DNA from: Candidatus Micrarchaeota archaeon
GTDB lineage: Archaea > Micrarchaeota > Micrarchaeia > Anstonellales > Anstonellaceae
Direction: 5' to 3'
NCBI GenBank assembly: GCA_026414185.1
Contig: JAOAJL010000007.1
Location: 1-54,628 of the forward strand
DNA length: 54,628 bases
A model generated the notes under the pieces. It was not told the origin of the DNA and did not search any database. It saw only the letters and a program-made list of their open reading frames with translations. Made by a program: the position numbers and the translations under genes. Shown one piece after another: positions 38,195 through 47,302 of the stretch. Numbering within the stretch: the stretch's first letter is position 1; each line of letters opens with the position of its first letter.

Positions 38195-39100
38195 TTAACC
38201 CATCTTCTGGCTGATAAATTTCACAGTGCCCTTGATAAATGCAATCGTAAGCGTTATGGATAAGGCAGGCAAGAAAAGTGCCTGCAAAAGAATATACGGC
38301 ATAACTTCAAGAGGGCGGAAAAGCAAACCGTCAATGTCAAACATGCCACCCTGGCTTACCGCCCACTGCGAAAAAGCCGCATATCTGTTTTGATCCAGTG
38401 TTCCAAGCGGGCTTTTGAAATCAGCCTTTTTCAGCATCATCCCAACAATTTCAGAGTGCATAACGTAGGTATAAGGATAAACAAGCTGAAAGCCGAGGGC
38501 AGAGGCGATAAGAAAAGTGCCCGCATCCCTCGTTGGCGGGAAAATCCTCAATATTGCCCCTGCGGGAAGCACAAAAGGCAATGCAATGGCTTTTATTACC
38601 TCAATTATCACCTGCTGAACCATAAGGCTGGCGGTAAAAGGAGTCATAAGCGCAAGAAGGAAATCCGCCACCCGCTCAATAACTACAAAAGAAGGGAAGG
38701 CAGGCACCAACACTCCCCACACTGATAGCCCCCATCTCATGCTTATAGAGCCCATATACTGAGAATATATTTTCAGAACCTCCATTGACATTATCGCCAC
38801 AAGAGCAAGGTTGTTTGAAATATAGCTTAGATAGCTCCTCGCAATTGCAAACGGATCTGAGCCTGCCAACACTTCAGTTACCTGAGCCGCAAAGCAGGAA
38901 AAACCGAATATGCTAACCATAAGAAAAGCCGAAACTCCAAGCTGGTAAAGCTCAATTGAAACAAACGACTCATATTCCGGCTTTCTGAAAAAAGCTGCCG
39001 CCATGTAAGCTAAACCAAGCAGAGTGGCAAGCAGGGCAATAGAGACTGCTGCAATTGACAATGCAGTCATTGCTATGAAATCCGGAGTGCAAAGAGGCAT
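38195..39100 (-). CDS. CedA/VirB6-like multi-pass membrane protein, paralogue 2
   Basis: FVSIELYQ, LPAGAILRIFPPTRDAG, FQLVYP. Confidence 0.7.
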   Translation of the reverse strand: MPLCTPDFIAMTALSIAAVSIALLATLLGLAYMAAAFFRKPEYESFVSIELYQLGVSAFLMVSIFGFSCFAAQVTEVLAGSDPFAIARSYLSYISNNLALVAIMSMEVLKIYSQYMGSISMRWGLSVWGVLVPAFPSFVVIERVADFLLALMTPFTASLMVQQVIIEVIKAIALPFVLPAGAILRIFPPTRDAGTFLIASALGFQLVYPYTYVMHSEIVGMMLKKADFKSPLGTLDQNRYAAFSQWAVSQGGMFDIDGLLFRPLEVMPYILLQALFLPALSITLTIAFIKGTVKFISQKMG

Positions 39101-39121
39101 CTTTCAACCACCTATCTTCTT

Positions 39122-40579
39122 TCATACTAATTTTGTAATTCCCAGCAGTCTTGGCTCCCCCCCTATCAGAATTGAAAAGTCTTTCAGCAGCGTCAAAGTT
39201 ACAACTATGCTGTTTATTATGAACAGAAACATCAAGGCAAGAAGCTTGCCAGTTTCTGCAGTCGCATGTTCAAACTGTCTAAACGCAAACCGCGGTCCAG
39301 CGCTTACAATGGCACCTGTCGCATCCTTCATTCGCTGTATGAAGACGTTCTGCGTGCCCCTATCATACTGCTCCTCGTTCAATTTTCCAATCCTGTCTTT
39401 TTCTTCCATATCCCGCTTCAGCCTAACCTGCGTTTTTGTGGAAGGGTCATTTTGTGCCAGCTTCTCATTTTTCAATTTGGAGATATACTCCTCCTCTTTC
39501 TTCCCCTCTTCCGACAGGATAGTTTCAAGCCTACTTGAAAGCGCAGGATTGTCAATCGCTTCCTCGCAGAGCAAGAAAGACGAGGTCGCGTCAAGGAAAT
39601 CAGATACTGCTGGCTGGCATTTGTCTTCGTAGCAGGAATTCGTGCAACACTCCTGGTCGGTCTGGCAGCTTTCCCCCACTTTTTTATAGGCAGGGTCGCT
39701 GCACAAGGGGGGAGAATCCACCATATTCCACATATGCCAATTAAGCAGAATGGTAAGTGGAAATATGAAATAGGCTGCGAAAGCAACTGCCACGATTGTC
39801 GAGCCGGTCTTTCTTGTGAATGGAAAAACGCGCATCAATATCCCAAGTGGAAGAAAGTAGTTCAAGGCAGTCAGATCAATAAAGTTCAAAAGTATCTTCT
39901 GTGCGGCAGCCCCGCCTATTAGCGTTCCAAGCAAATCCACAATTACAGTGTTTGCCTCATTGATAAACGAAAAAAAGATCGGAAGAATAATGTTGTGTAT
40001 CTCAAATTCAACTTGGGGAACACCCCATATCATCACATTTATCTCAATGCTGAGTGTTCCTAAAAATCCACTCAGTATTTCAAATATCATCAAGCGCAGA
40101 TACCTTCCTACAAGCGCCGGCAGCAATACACCGTTGTTATCGCTTAGGGCATATGGAACGCCTACCGCTATGATATCCCAGAAACTCCATCTACATCCAA
40201 TAAAATAATCCGCCTGCCCTATCGCGAAGTTTCCTTTCTCATAGTAATAGCCGTTAATAGGGTCACCCCTCAATTCTCCGTGAAATTTAGTCCACTCCGG
40301 ACAGCTTTTTGGCATCCCGGCTGTTTTGGGGACAAGCCCATGCCCCACTTTATCAAATATGCCATTTGGTATTGTAAGAAGGATGCAGATAATCACTATA
40401 ATCGCACTTACCGCCAACTCACGCAACTCAAGCTTTGAAAATGCCTTAAGGGATGGCATAGAGAAAATTTCACTCATCATATAAGAAAGAGCGGTTATGA
40501 AAGCAGCTATCCCAAATGCCGCGATTATGGCTGGATTTTGGAAGAAGTTCTGCGCTCCATAAAGGATGAAATCCATCAT
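39122..40579 (-). CDS. CedA/VirB6-like multi-pass membrane protein, paralogue 1, with Cys-rich loop
   Basis: FSKLELRE, LPLGILMRVFPFTRKTG, CQTDQECCTNSCYEDKC, IGGEPRLLGITKLV; start moved to 40579. Confidence 0.7.
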   Translation of the reverse strand: MMDFILYGAQNFFQNPAIIAAFGIAAFITALSYMMSEIFSMPSLKAFSKLELRELAVSAIIVIICILLTIPNGIFDKVGHGLVPKTAGMPKSCPEWTKFHGELRGDPINGYYYEKGNFAIGQADYFIGCRWSFWDIIAVGVPYALSDNNGVLLPALVGRYLRLMIFEILSGFLGTLSIEINVMIWGVPQVEFEIHNIILPIFFSFINEANTVIVDLLGTLIGGAAAQKILLNFIDLTALNYFLPLGILMRVFPFTRKTGSTIVAVAFAAYFIFPLTILLNWHMWNMVDSPPLCSDPAYKKVGESCQTDQECCTNSCYEDKCQPAVSDFLDATSSFLLCEEAIDNPALSSRLETILSEEGKKEEEYISKLKNEKLAQNDPSTKTQVRLKRDMEEKDRIGKLNEEQYDRGTQNVFIQRMKDATGAIVSAGPRFAFRQFEHATAETGKLLALMFLFIINSIVVTLTLLKDFSILIGGEPRLLGITKLV

Positions 40580-40644
40580 TGCCAAGCCACCATCAGTTTC
40601 CTGCTTCATTACACAGCATAAACTTATAAGTCTGTCAAGCAAAA
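40580..40644. promoter_or_regulatory. Short divergent promoter region between the membrane-protein array and the giant protein
   Basis: 65-bp head-to-head spacer containing AT-rich ATAAACTTATAAG. Confidence 0.45.
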
Positions 40645-43600
40645 ATGGCTTTTGGTGAGTGTTTGGACTGGCGCAGGGCAGGGCTTGCATTGGCATTTGC
40701 CTTGCTAATGGTGTGCCAGCCCTTATTTTGCGATTATATATACAGCGACCTTCCCTACAAGACGCTGCTTTCTGCGAATGTCCGCTTCAATGAATTCACT
40801 GTTAAGCTGATTTATATTAACGTTTCTTACTACCAGAAGCCGGAGACCCAAAAAGTCCCGCGGTTTCCAAGCGTATATGGTGACAATTCGCAGGATGATT
40901 TTTCAGCAGCAGGTTTTCCGGTAGAGAATGGAGAAATATACTTCAAGTTTAACGGCCAGCGGGTATCTGAAAATGGCGGCGAAGAAGGGTGCTATCCAGC
41001 AAAGACGAATAGCAGCGGTATGGCAAGGTGCAAAATAAATTTTGTATGGGATTCATCAGAAGGAAAGTTTGTAAGCATAGACAAAATTAAAGATTGCGGC
41101 AACGTGGAAATAGAGTTTAAAGGCGGCTCTATCGGAGAACTTGACCTCAAACCTTCAAGCATGTCGCTTATTTTCTGCCCAAAGGAAAGCGAGGCGATTT
41201 CAGCATTCGGATCTGCAATTTATTCCGCCTTGACAAACAGACCGGCGGCTGCCTTCTTCTGTTTTACTGCGATGCTGATAAGCGGAATCCTTGTCGCCGC
41301 GATGTATTATTCAGGAAGGGACCCGCTATCCCTTTTTGACCTTACCACCCCGCGCCTTCCGAGAACAAAGCAAGGCAGAGTTTCTGGAGGCAAAGCTTCG
41401 TTTGCGGTAAGGACTGCGGCAGCAAGATATGCACAGATGAAAAAACAAGTAGAAAAACAGTATAAAAAACTGTTAGTAAAAACTGCGAAAAAGAACAAGA
41501 GGGACGTCGGAGCTGCAAAAAAGGAGTTAAAGGCGCTGCTCAAAGAGCTCAAGAGTCTGCGGGGGAAGGCAACCGATGAGGACATAAGAAGATTCCAAGA
41601 AAAGCTAAAGGCGCTTTTTGTAAAATACGGCCTCAATCCACAGAACAAGTATTACCGCGATGCTCTTTATTATGCATCTTCTCTTGTGAACATATACCTA
41701 TTTGCTGATATAGCATCGGGGGCGATGTCTGCTGCGCGCAGCGCAGAGGCGGGGGGAAGGCTTACACGGTTCATAGACGCAAAGTTGAAAAATCTCAGCG
41801 ATAGGCTTGCGGCAAACGACCAAAAATTGCAAAATATCAAAGGGGTCAAGCTCCTACTCCATGTTCCACTAATATTCGCAGTGCCAAAAATATCAAAGAA
41901 GATTCTGGATTCAGTCATGCTTAGACGAGCTGGCAAGAAGTGGATAAAATCAACTGCAAAGCTAACCATAGGGCAGGCGATATTCATCGCTGGAATAAAG
42001 AAAGAGGCACGGAAGGGAAAAGTCGCCATAACAGAAAATAGCTTCAGATGGTGGTTCAAAGGGGTGCGCCGGCTTTTTGACAAAGCCCCGTTTGAGTCTG
42101 AAGAAAGAAAGCTTACTTTGCTTGGGAAATGGTTCAAGTGGTATTACGGATGGGATTTCAAGAAATTCGTCCAAAAGCACGATATTTGGAGAAAAAAGCT
42201 TGATGAATACCGGGATGAAGTCAAAAGAGCAAGAGTACTAATAAGCGAATACCAAAACTCGCTGAAATTGCTTCTTGTAAAAGAGCTGCTTGATGAGCTT
42301 GTGCGCGAAGAGAGGGCAGAACGGTATCTTAAAGAAATATTGAAGAAGCTGGCGAAAAACAAGCAGCTGGATGAAAAAGAGATAAGAGACCTTGAAAAAT
42401 CTCTCACCGGTATATTCAAGCAAATCCGGGATTCTGCCTTAGCAAAAGCAGACAACCCAGCCGAAGCCGCAAGTCTGATGAGAAGTCTTGCAGACAAGTA
42501 TTTCCATGAACACAGGGCTCCTGAGGAAATAAGAAGGGAATTTGAAAAAATCATCAACCGAAATATCGCCCTTTTGAATGCGATTGGCCAGCATGGCGGA
42601 AAAGATGCGGCTGCTCTTCTAACAGAGCTTCTCAAAGCAGACGAGCGCCTTCGCGGCATGAACGTGGCTTCCCAGCTTCAAGAGATAAAGAAGTTACAAG
42701 ACGAACTAAACAGGGTTTACGGAATTTCAGTGCTGCTGCACGATGCCTTTTTGAGCGACCCGAAAAACTACGGAAAGGCAAAGGCAATCGAGCTTTCGCA
42801 CATAGAAGCCATCGTGGATTTTGAAGCAAGGCAGATGCTCCAAAAGATGAATGAAGCAGGCGATAAGAATGTCAAGAAGCTCATGCAAGGCGGCTTCCTC
42901 ACCAGAGAACTGATTGAAAGATACCTGGCGGAGCATAGAGAAGCGTACGAGTCCCTTGCCAAGACTGTCAACCAGAAGCTTCGCTCCATGGGCGGCATCC
43001 TGGAAGATTTTGTTGATAAAAAGATGGCAGAGGGCGATAAAACATTTTTCCTCAGGCTTGGTCTTGGCTATGCTTTTGACTCACAGGGGAAAAAATATGC
43101 AGTTGACAGTGTAAGAGAGTTTGAGTCCCACTTCATAAAAGAAGTGCGCAACCGGGTAATTAGAGAATTCTCCAAGCATGACACATTTGACAAGAGCTAC
43201 AATCCGAACGCCGACCTTGTAAGCCTCCTGAATCAAAAAATAGCGGAGCTGAGGTTACAAATAAACAGGCAGCTGGGTATGGATGAGCCGTCAATCCTGC
43301 CAGGCACAGATCCTGGCGGATCATTCCAATGCCGTCTTATAAACCGCATAGTTGGCATCCTGAATGATCCTGAGCTTAAAAAATTCATGAAAGAAAACGG
43401 CTTGGATTCCATAAAGGACATAAACGAGCTGGAGATGCTTTTCCGAGCAGGAGTAAAAGCGCCCGATTTCATCAGAGAAATTACAAAAGCCCTATTGAAA
43501 GCAAACAAAGCGCAACTTGAGCAAATTGCAGAGCTGTTGGCGACCAGCGAAGCTTCAAGGAACATGTTTCTCAAAAGCATGGAAACCGCAATCAGCAACA

Positions 43601-46600
43601 GAATCGCGGTGCTGGAGAGGCTCTCAAGCTTAGATTATGAGGACATCAAAGCCATTTGCAAGAGGCTCAATATCCAATTTTCCAGAGAGCTTTATGAGTC
43701 CAATCGGGCTGCATTGCATGAGCAGATAGTAGAGCGGCTTCCTCTGCTGAGGGACGAGGCTTTCTTTGGGAAGAGGGCGCTGGGCTTCATCTCCAGAAAA
43801 ACAGGGCTTGAGCCGGAAACCCTATGTCGTTCCTCACTAAGCGAAATAGTCCTGGTTTCCATTCTGGAAAAAAGCTTTGTCCAAACTACGAGATGGGCTG
43901 CTGAGGTATTAAAAATCAACTCAATGATCAACTACCGCTACGAAGGGCCCGCTTACTGGAAAATGTCGCTGGAGGAAATTGTCGGTCAATTGAGAGAAAA
44001 AGGCAAGATGCAACAGCAGATTGAGTGGGCAGCCCTCAGAAACCAGTTCCTTGCAAACCAATACGAAGGTAGCAGAGGCTATCATATAGAAACTCTTCTT
44101 TTTACAACGCGATGGATGAATCGCCTCGCAGAACAAGCCCTTGTCTATAGCCAAGGCAACGCGCCATGGGGCGGAACGATCCTTGCGAACTTCAATTCAG
44201 TTATGGACCACAACCGCTTCAGCTATCTTGCCAAGAAAGCCGTTTTCAGGAATTTGATTGACCATGAAAGCACACTTTTCCAGGACGCAGACTATGCGAT
44301 GAAGCTTGCCGCCCTGAAGGGCTGGACGAAAGAAGAAATAGAGGCAATACAGAAAAAGGACGCGAAGGCACTAGAACGTTTAAAGTCTATTGAATATGAT
44401 GCAGATGCATACGACCTTCTCATGAAACGCGGCTTGCAGATGCGGGATGTGCAGCAAGGGCTGGCGTACTGGATATCAAGCGACAAGATGGGGACTGTTC
44501 CGATAATCGAGTTTGACAAAGGAGAGCTTGAAAGGCAGGGGAAAGGGATAATTCTGCTTGCTGACAAAAAGGGGGACCATCTGAAAGAAGACATAAGGGA
44601 CTACAATCCTCTCCTTGCGCGGTTTAACATGTCCGATTACGCAAGCGTCGTAAACGGGCTTGTTCCAGTAAGGATTGTCTCTAAAGAAGGCGAGCCGCTG
44701 AAAATAAGGCGAGTGGACCCGCTGAAATTTCATGAAGTAGAAAGGTTTTATACAATAGGCGAGAGCAACATAAACAAAAGAAACGAGATTGCAAACATAA
44801 TCGCCGCCACAGGCTCGCTCAAATTCATGCACGTGACTGACTACCAAGTAAACTATGCGCCTCGCAGGCAGAGGATTGTCACATCAGTAGGTTCTGCGAT
44901 TGGCGGATTTGTCTTCGCAGTCTTCTATGACCACATAAAGCGCTTTAATGAGTGGTATGTGGCAGCCAACCGCTACCGCGACATGCTCTATGACCTTGAA
45001 AGGCAGATGAGCGGGATGAGGACTGCCGGAATAAAAAGATGGGACGCAAATGAAGCGCTCAGGCAATACGGGGCTGTTTTGGAAAGCGAGATGGAAGCGC
45101 TTGATAAGAAGAACCCAAGAAGCGGCGCCAGCCGCGCTGAAATACTGCGGGACCTAATAGTCAATCTCCAGAATACCGACAAGTCAAATTTCCTGAAAAG
45201 AAGCTATCTTGCCTACACGTATTCAGCCCACGCGATGGTTGAAAATGCAGTCCGTGAGGCAGAATTGGAAAAGAAAGCCCTCAAAATAATGCTTGATAAG
45301 GGCATAATAAGCAGAGATGAATACAGCCAGCTTCTCAATAGCAACGCCTGGAAGACCAGGCTTGATACTGTTTCTTCTGAGCTTCGGAGCTACGGGCTAG
45401 AGACAAGAAGCCTGGAGCGAGCTCTCAAAAGCGACTCCATTTCCGCATCCACAGCAATCTCAGCCCTGAAAGACTGCAATAGAGACGTTTCAAAAGAAAC
45501 AAGCACGTTCACAAAAGCGCTGATAGAAATGGGCGGTTCTGGGCAGATGACCAGAAGCATTTTCTCAACATGGAATCCCTCAACCACTTACAGATACACA
45601 GAAGGAATGCTTGCGAAGTCCCACTCCGCAATTGAGGCAAGCTGCATGCGCGATACTCGGACCGCTCTTGGGCAGAAGATAGGGCTTGAATACGCCTTCT
45701 ATATGGGATTTGATACCGGCCAGGGTATGTATGAAAACCCACGGACATACGCATCTTCGTTGTGGGAATACGAGCTTATTCCATACCTCCAATTTGTCGG
45801 GTGGGCACACAAGTTCTTCCTTCCGATTGCAAGCACATTTTACAGAGGTCAGGCAGGCATGTCTTCCTACTTTTTCAAGACCGAGCTTGAGCCAGGCTCG
45901 GCTGGCAAAGTCACAACTGACCTGTCTCTTCTCTTGCGCATAAAGAAAGGCGTGTCTGATTTTGCTTCCTCAACATGGCAAAATATCTCAAACTACGCAG
46001 GGGTTACGAATGTGGTGGGTGCCCTCCAGACCGGCGGCAGGATAAAATTTGACGAGCTTGGCAGGTCATATATAGACAAAGCGTGGTATTCAAACTTGGT
46101 CAAGCATTACGCTGTGCCGAGCGAATGGTACAGCACTTATGCCGCCATCCAGCGCCAAGCCAGTTTACAAGACAAAATAGCCGCCTCGGACATATTCAAA
46201 AAGAATGAAATAATCGTTGATGGCGAAGGGAAGAACGTCTATATGGGAGAGGATGGGAAGATTTACTATGGCAAAAAAGAAAAGGAAGAAGCCGAAAGAG
46301 CAGGGGTGAGCTTCGCAAATGAAGGCCAGCCGCTCAGAACGCATGACCTTGCAGAAGCGTGGGTTAAAACATTCAACGAATATATGTTCTCCTACGGGTC
46401 AAAAAAAGACGAGCTACGCGAGCAGCTTCGCGAATATGAAAACCTAATGAAGCCATATATGTATTCTCTTGTTGATTTTCGGGCAGAGGGGGCAAGGCGC
46501 GGAACCTCCGGCAAATACTTCATGGAAGACGGCTCGCGGTATCGTTTCATGAACCTTTATCTACCCAACTACATGAATGCCTGGATGGAAACTATATCGG

Positions 46601-47265
46601 TTCCAGGCGCCTTTGAGCTAAATCCGCTTGCCGGCGGAAAGGAGCTTGGGCCAAGAATCGCCGCAGACATCTCCCGCGCAGAAAAAGATTCGCGCCTTGG
46701 GCGCATGCAGGATGAGTTTGTTTTAAGATGGAATGAGGCGCTGCAAGACTTTATTGTCATAAACAACTCAACGATACATCAAGATGCAGTGCGGGACCAC
46801 TATTATTACCGCACTCCTGCCCTCCTTCACACCATAAAATACCAAAGCTATCTTGTTCGTTACGAATGGCTTGACCCGTGGCTTAGCCAATTGCCCGGTT
46901 ACAAATTCCTGCACCACAAGTTCTTTGAAGCCCGCAGAAGGCCGGAGCTTACGGACGAAGAAAACAGAAGGATGCGCACTGCGATGGCAACCTACCTGCC
47001 AACCTGGAGGGATGAGGAGATTTCCCAAAACATAGCGCTCAGAGAGGCAAATTACAATCCTGTTTTCCGTTCATATGAAAGCAGGGCGACATTTGCCCTT
47101 CAGCGGTTCTTCTACAAGCGAATAGACTCGTATATACACCGCTGCAGGCTGATACAGCGAAGCTACGGGCTGCCTGATGAATTGAGGGCGCGCTCCTCCA
47201 TGGCAATGTTAAACATGGAAGAGATGTTCCGGCTCACTTTACTGCTTGACAGTTCAATTTACTAA
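40645..47265 (+). CDS. Giant (2206 aa) membrane-anchored hypothetical protein
   Basis: Uninterrupted ORF; signal-like N-terminus, beta-rich domain, TM helix near aa 200-222, long charged helical remainder. Confidence 0.85.
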   Translation: MAFGECLDWRRAGLALAFALLMVCQPLFCDYIYSDLPYKTLLSANVRFNEFTVKLIYINVSYYQKPETQKVPRFPSVYGDNSQDDFSAAGFPVENGEIYFKFNGQRVSENGGEEGCYPAKTNSSGMARCKINFVWDSSEGKFVSIDKIKDCGNVEIEFKGGSIGELDLKPSSMSLIFCPKESEAISAFGSAIYSALTNRPAAAFFCFTAMLISGILVAAMYYSGRDPLSLFDLTTPRLPRTKQGRVSGGKASFAVRTAAARYAQMKKQVEKQYKKLLVKTAKKNKRDVGAAKKELKALLKELKSLRGKATDEDIRRFQEKLKALFVKYGLNPQNKYYRDALYYASSLVNIYLFADIASGAMSAARSAEAGGRLTRFIDAKLKNLSDRLAANDQKLQNIKGVKLLLHVPLIFAVPKISKKILDSVMLRRAGKKWIKSTAKLTIGQAIFIAGIKKEARKGKVAITENSFRWWFKGVRRLFDKAPFESEERKLTLLGKWFKWYYGWDFKKFVQKHDIWRKKLDEYRDEVKRARVLISEYQNSLKLLLVKELLDELVREERAERYLKEILKKLAKNKQLDEKEIRDLEKSLTGIFKQIRDSALAKADNPAEAASLMRSLADKYFHEHRAPEEIRREFEKIINRNIALLNAIGQHGGKDAAALLTELLKADERLRGMNVASQLQEIKKLQDELNRVYGISVLLHDAFLSDPKNYGKAKAIELSHIEAIVDFEARQMLQKMNEAGDKNVKKLMQGGFLTRELIERYLAEHREAYESLAKTVNQKLRSMGGILEDFVDKKMAEGDKTFFLRLGLGYAFDSQGKKYAVDSVREFESHFIKEVRNRVIREFSKHDTFDKSYNPNADLVSLLNQKIAELRLQINRQLGMDEPSILPGTDPGGSFQCRLINRIVGILNDPELKKFMKENGLDSIKDINELEMLFRAGVKAPDFIREITKALLKANKAQLEQIAELLATSEASRNMFLKSMETAISNRIAVLERLSSLDYEDIKAICKRLNIQFSRELYESNRAALHEQIVERLPLLRDEAFFGKRALGFISRKTGLEPETLCRSSLSEIVLVSILEKSFVQTTRWAAEVLKINSMINYRYEGPAYWKMSLEEIVGQLREKGKMQQQIEWAALRNQFLANQYEGSRGYHIETLLFTTRWMNRLAEQALVYSQGNAPWGGTILANFNSVMDHNRFSYLAKKAVFRNLIDHESTLFQDADYAMKLAALKGWTKEEIEAIQKKDAKALERLKSIEYDADAYDLLMKRGLQMRDVQQGLAYWISSDKMGTVPIIEFDKGELERQGKGIILLADKKGDHLKEDIRDYNPLLARFNMSDYASVVNGLVPVRIVSKEGEPLKIRRVDPLKFHEVERFYTIGESNINKRNEIANIIAATGSLKFMHVTDYQVNYAPRRQRIVTSVGSAIGGFVFAVFYDHIKRFNEWYVAANRYRDMLYDLERQMSGMRTAGIKRWDANEALRQYGAVLESEMEALDKKNPRSGASRAEILRDLIVNLQNTDKSNFLKRSYLAYTYSAHAMVENAVREAELEKKALKIMLDKGIISRDEYSQLLNSNAWKTRLDTVSSELRSYGLETRSLERALKSDSISASTAISALKDCNRDVSKETSTFTKALIEMGGSGQMTRSIFSTWNPSTTYRYTEGMLAKSHSAIEASCMRDTRTALGQKIGLEYAFYMGFDTGQGMYENPRTYASSLWEYELIPYLQFVGWAHKFFLPIASTFYRGQAGMSSYFFKTELEPGSAGKVTTDLSLLLRIKKGVSDFASSTWQNISNYAGVTNVVGALQTGGRIKFDELGRSYIDKAWYSNLVKHYAVPSEWYSTYAAIQRQASLQDKIAASDIFKKNEIIVDGEGKNVYMGEDGKIYYGKKEKEEAERAGVSFANEGQPLRTHDLAEAWVKTFNEYMFSYGSKKDELREQLREYENLMKPYMYSLVDFRAEGARRGTSGKYFMEDGSRYRFMNLYLPNYMNAWMETISVPGAFELNPLAGGKELGPRIAADISRAEKDSRLGRMQDEFVLRWNEALQDFIVINNSTIHQDAVRDHYYYRTPALLHTIKYQSYLVRYEWLDPWLSQLPGYKFLHHKFFEARRRPELTDEENRRMRTAMATYLPTWRDEEISQNIALREANYNPVFRSYESRATFALQRFFYKRIDSYIHRCRLIQRSYGLPDELRARSSMAMLNMEEMFRLTLLLDSSIY

Positions 47266-47302
47266 CCTTATGATTAAAAAACGCATCTGGAAAGTGATTG
47301 TC

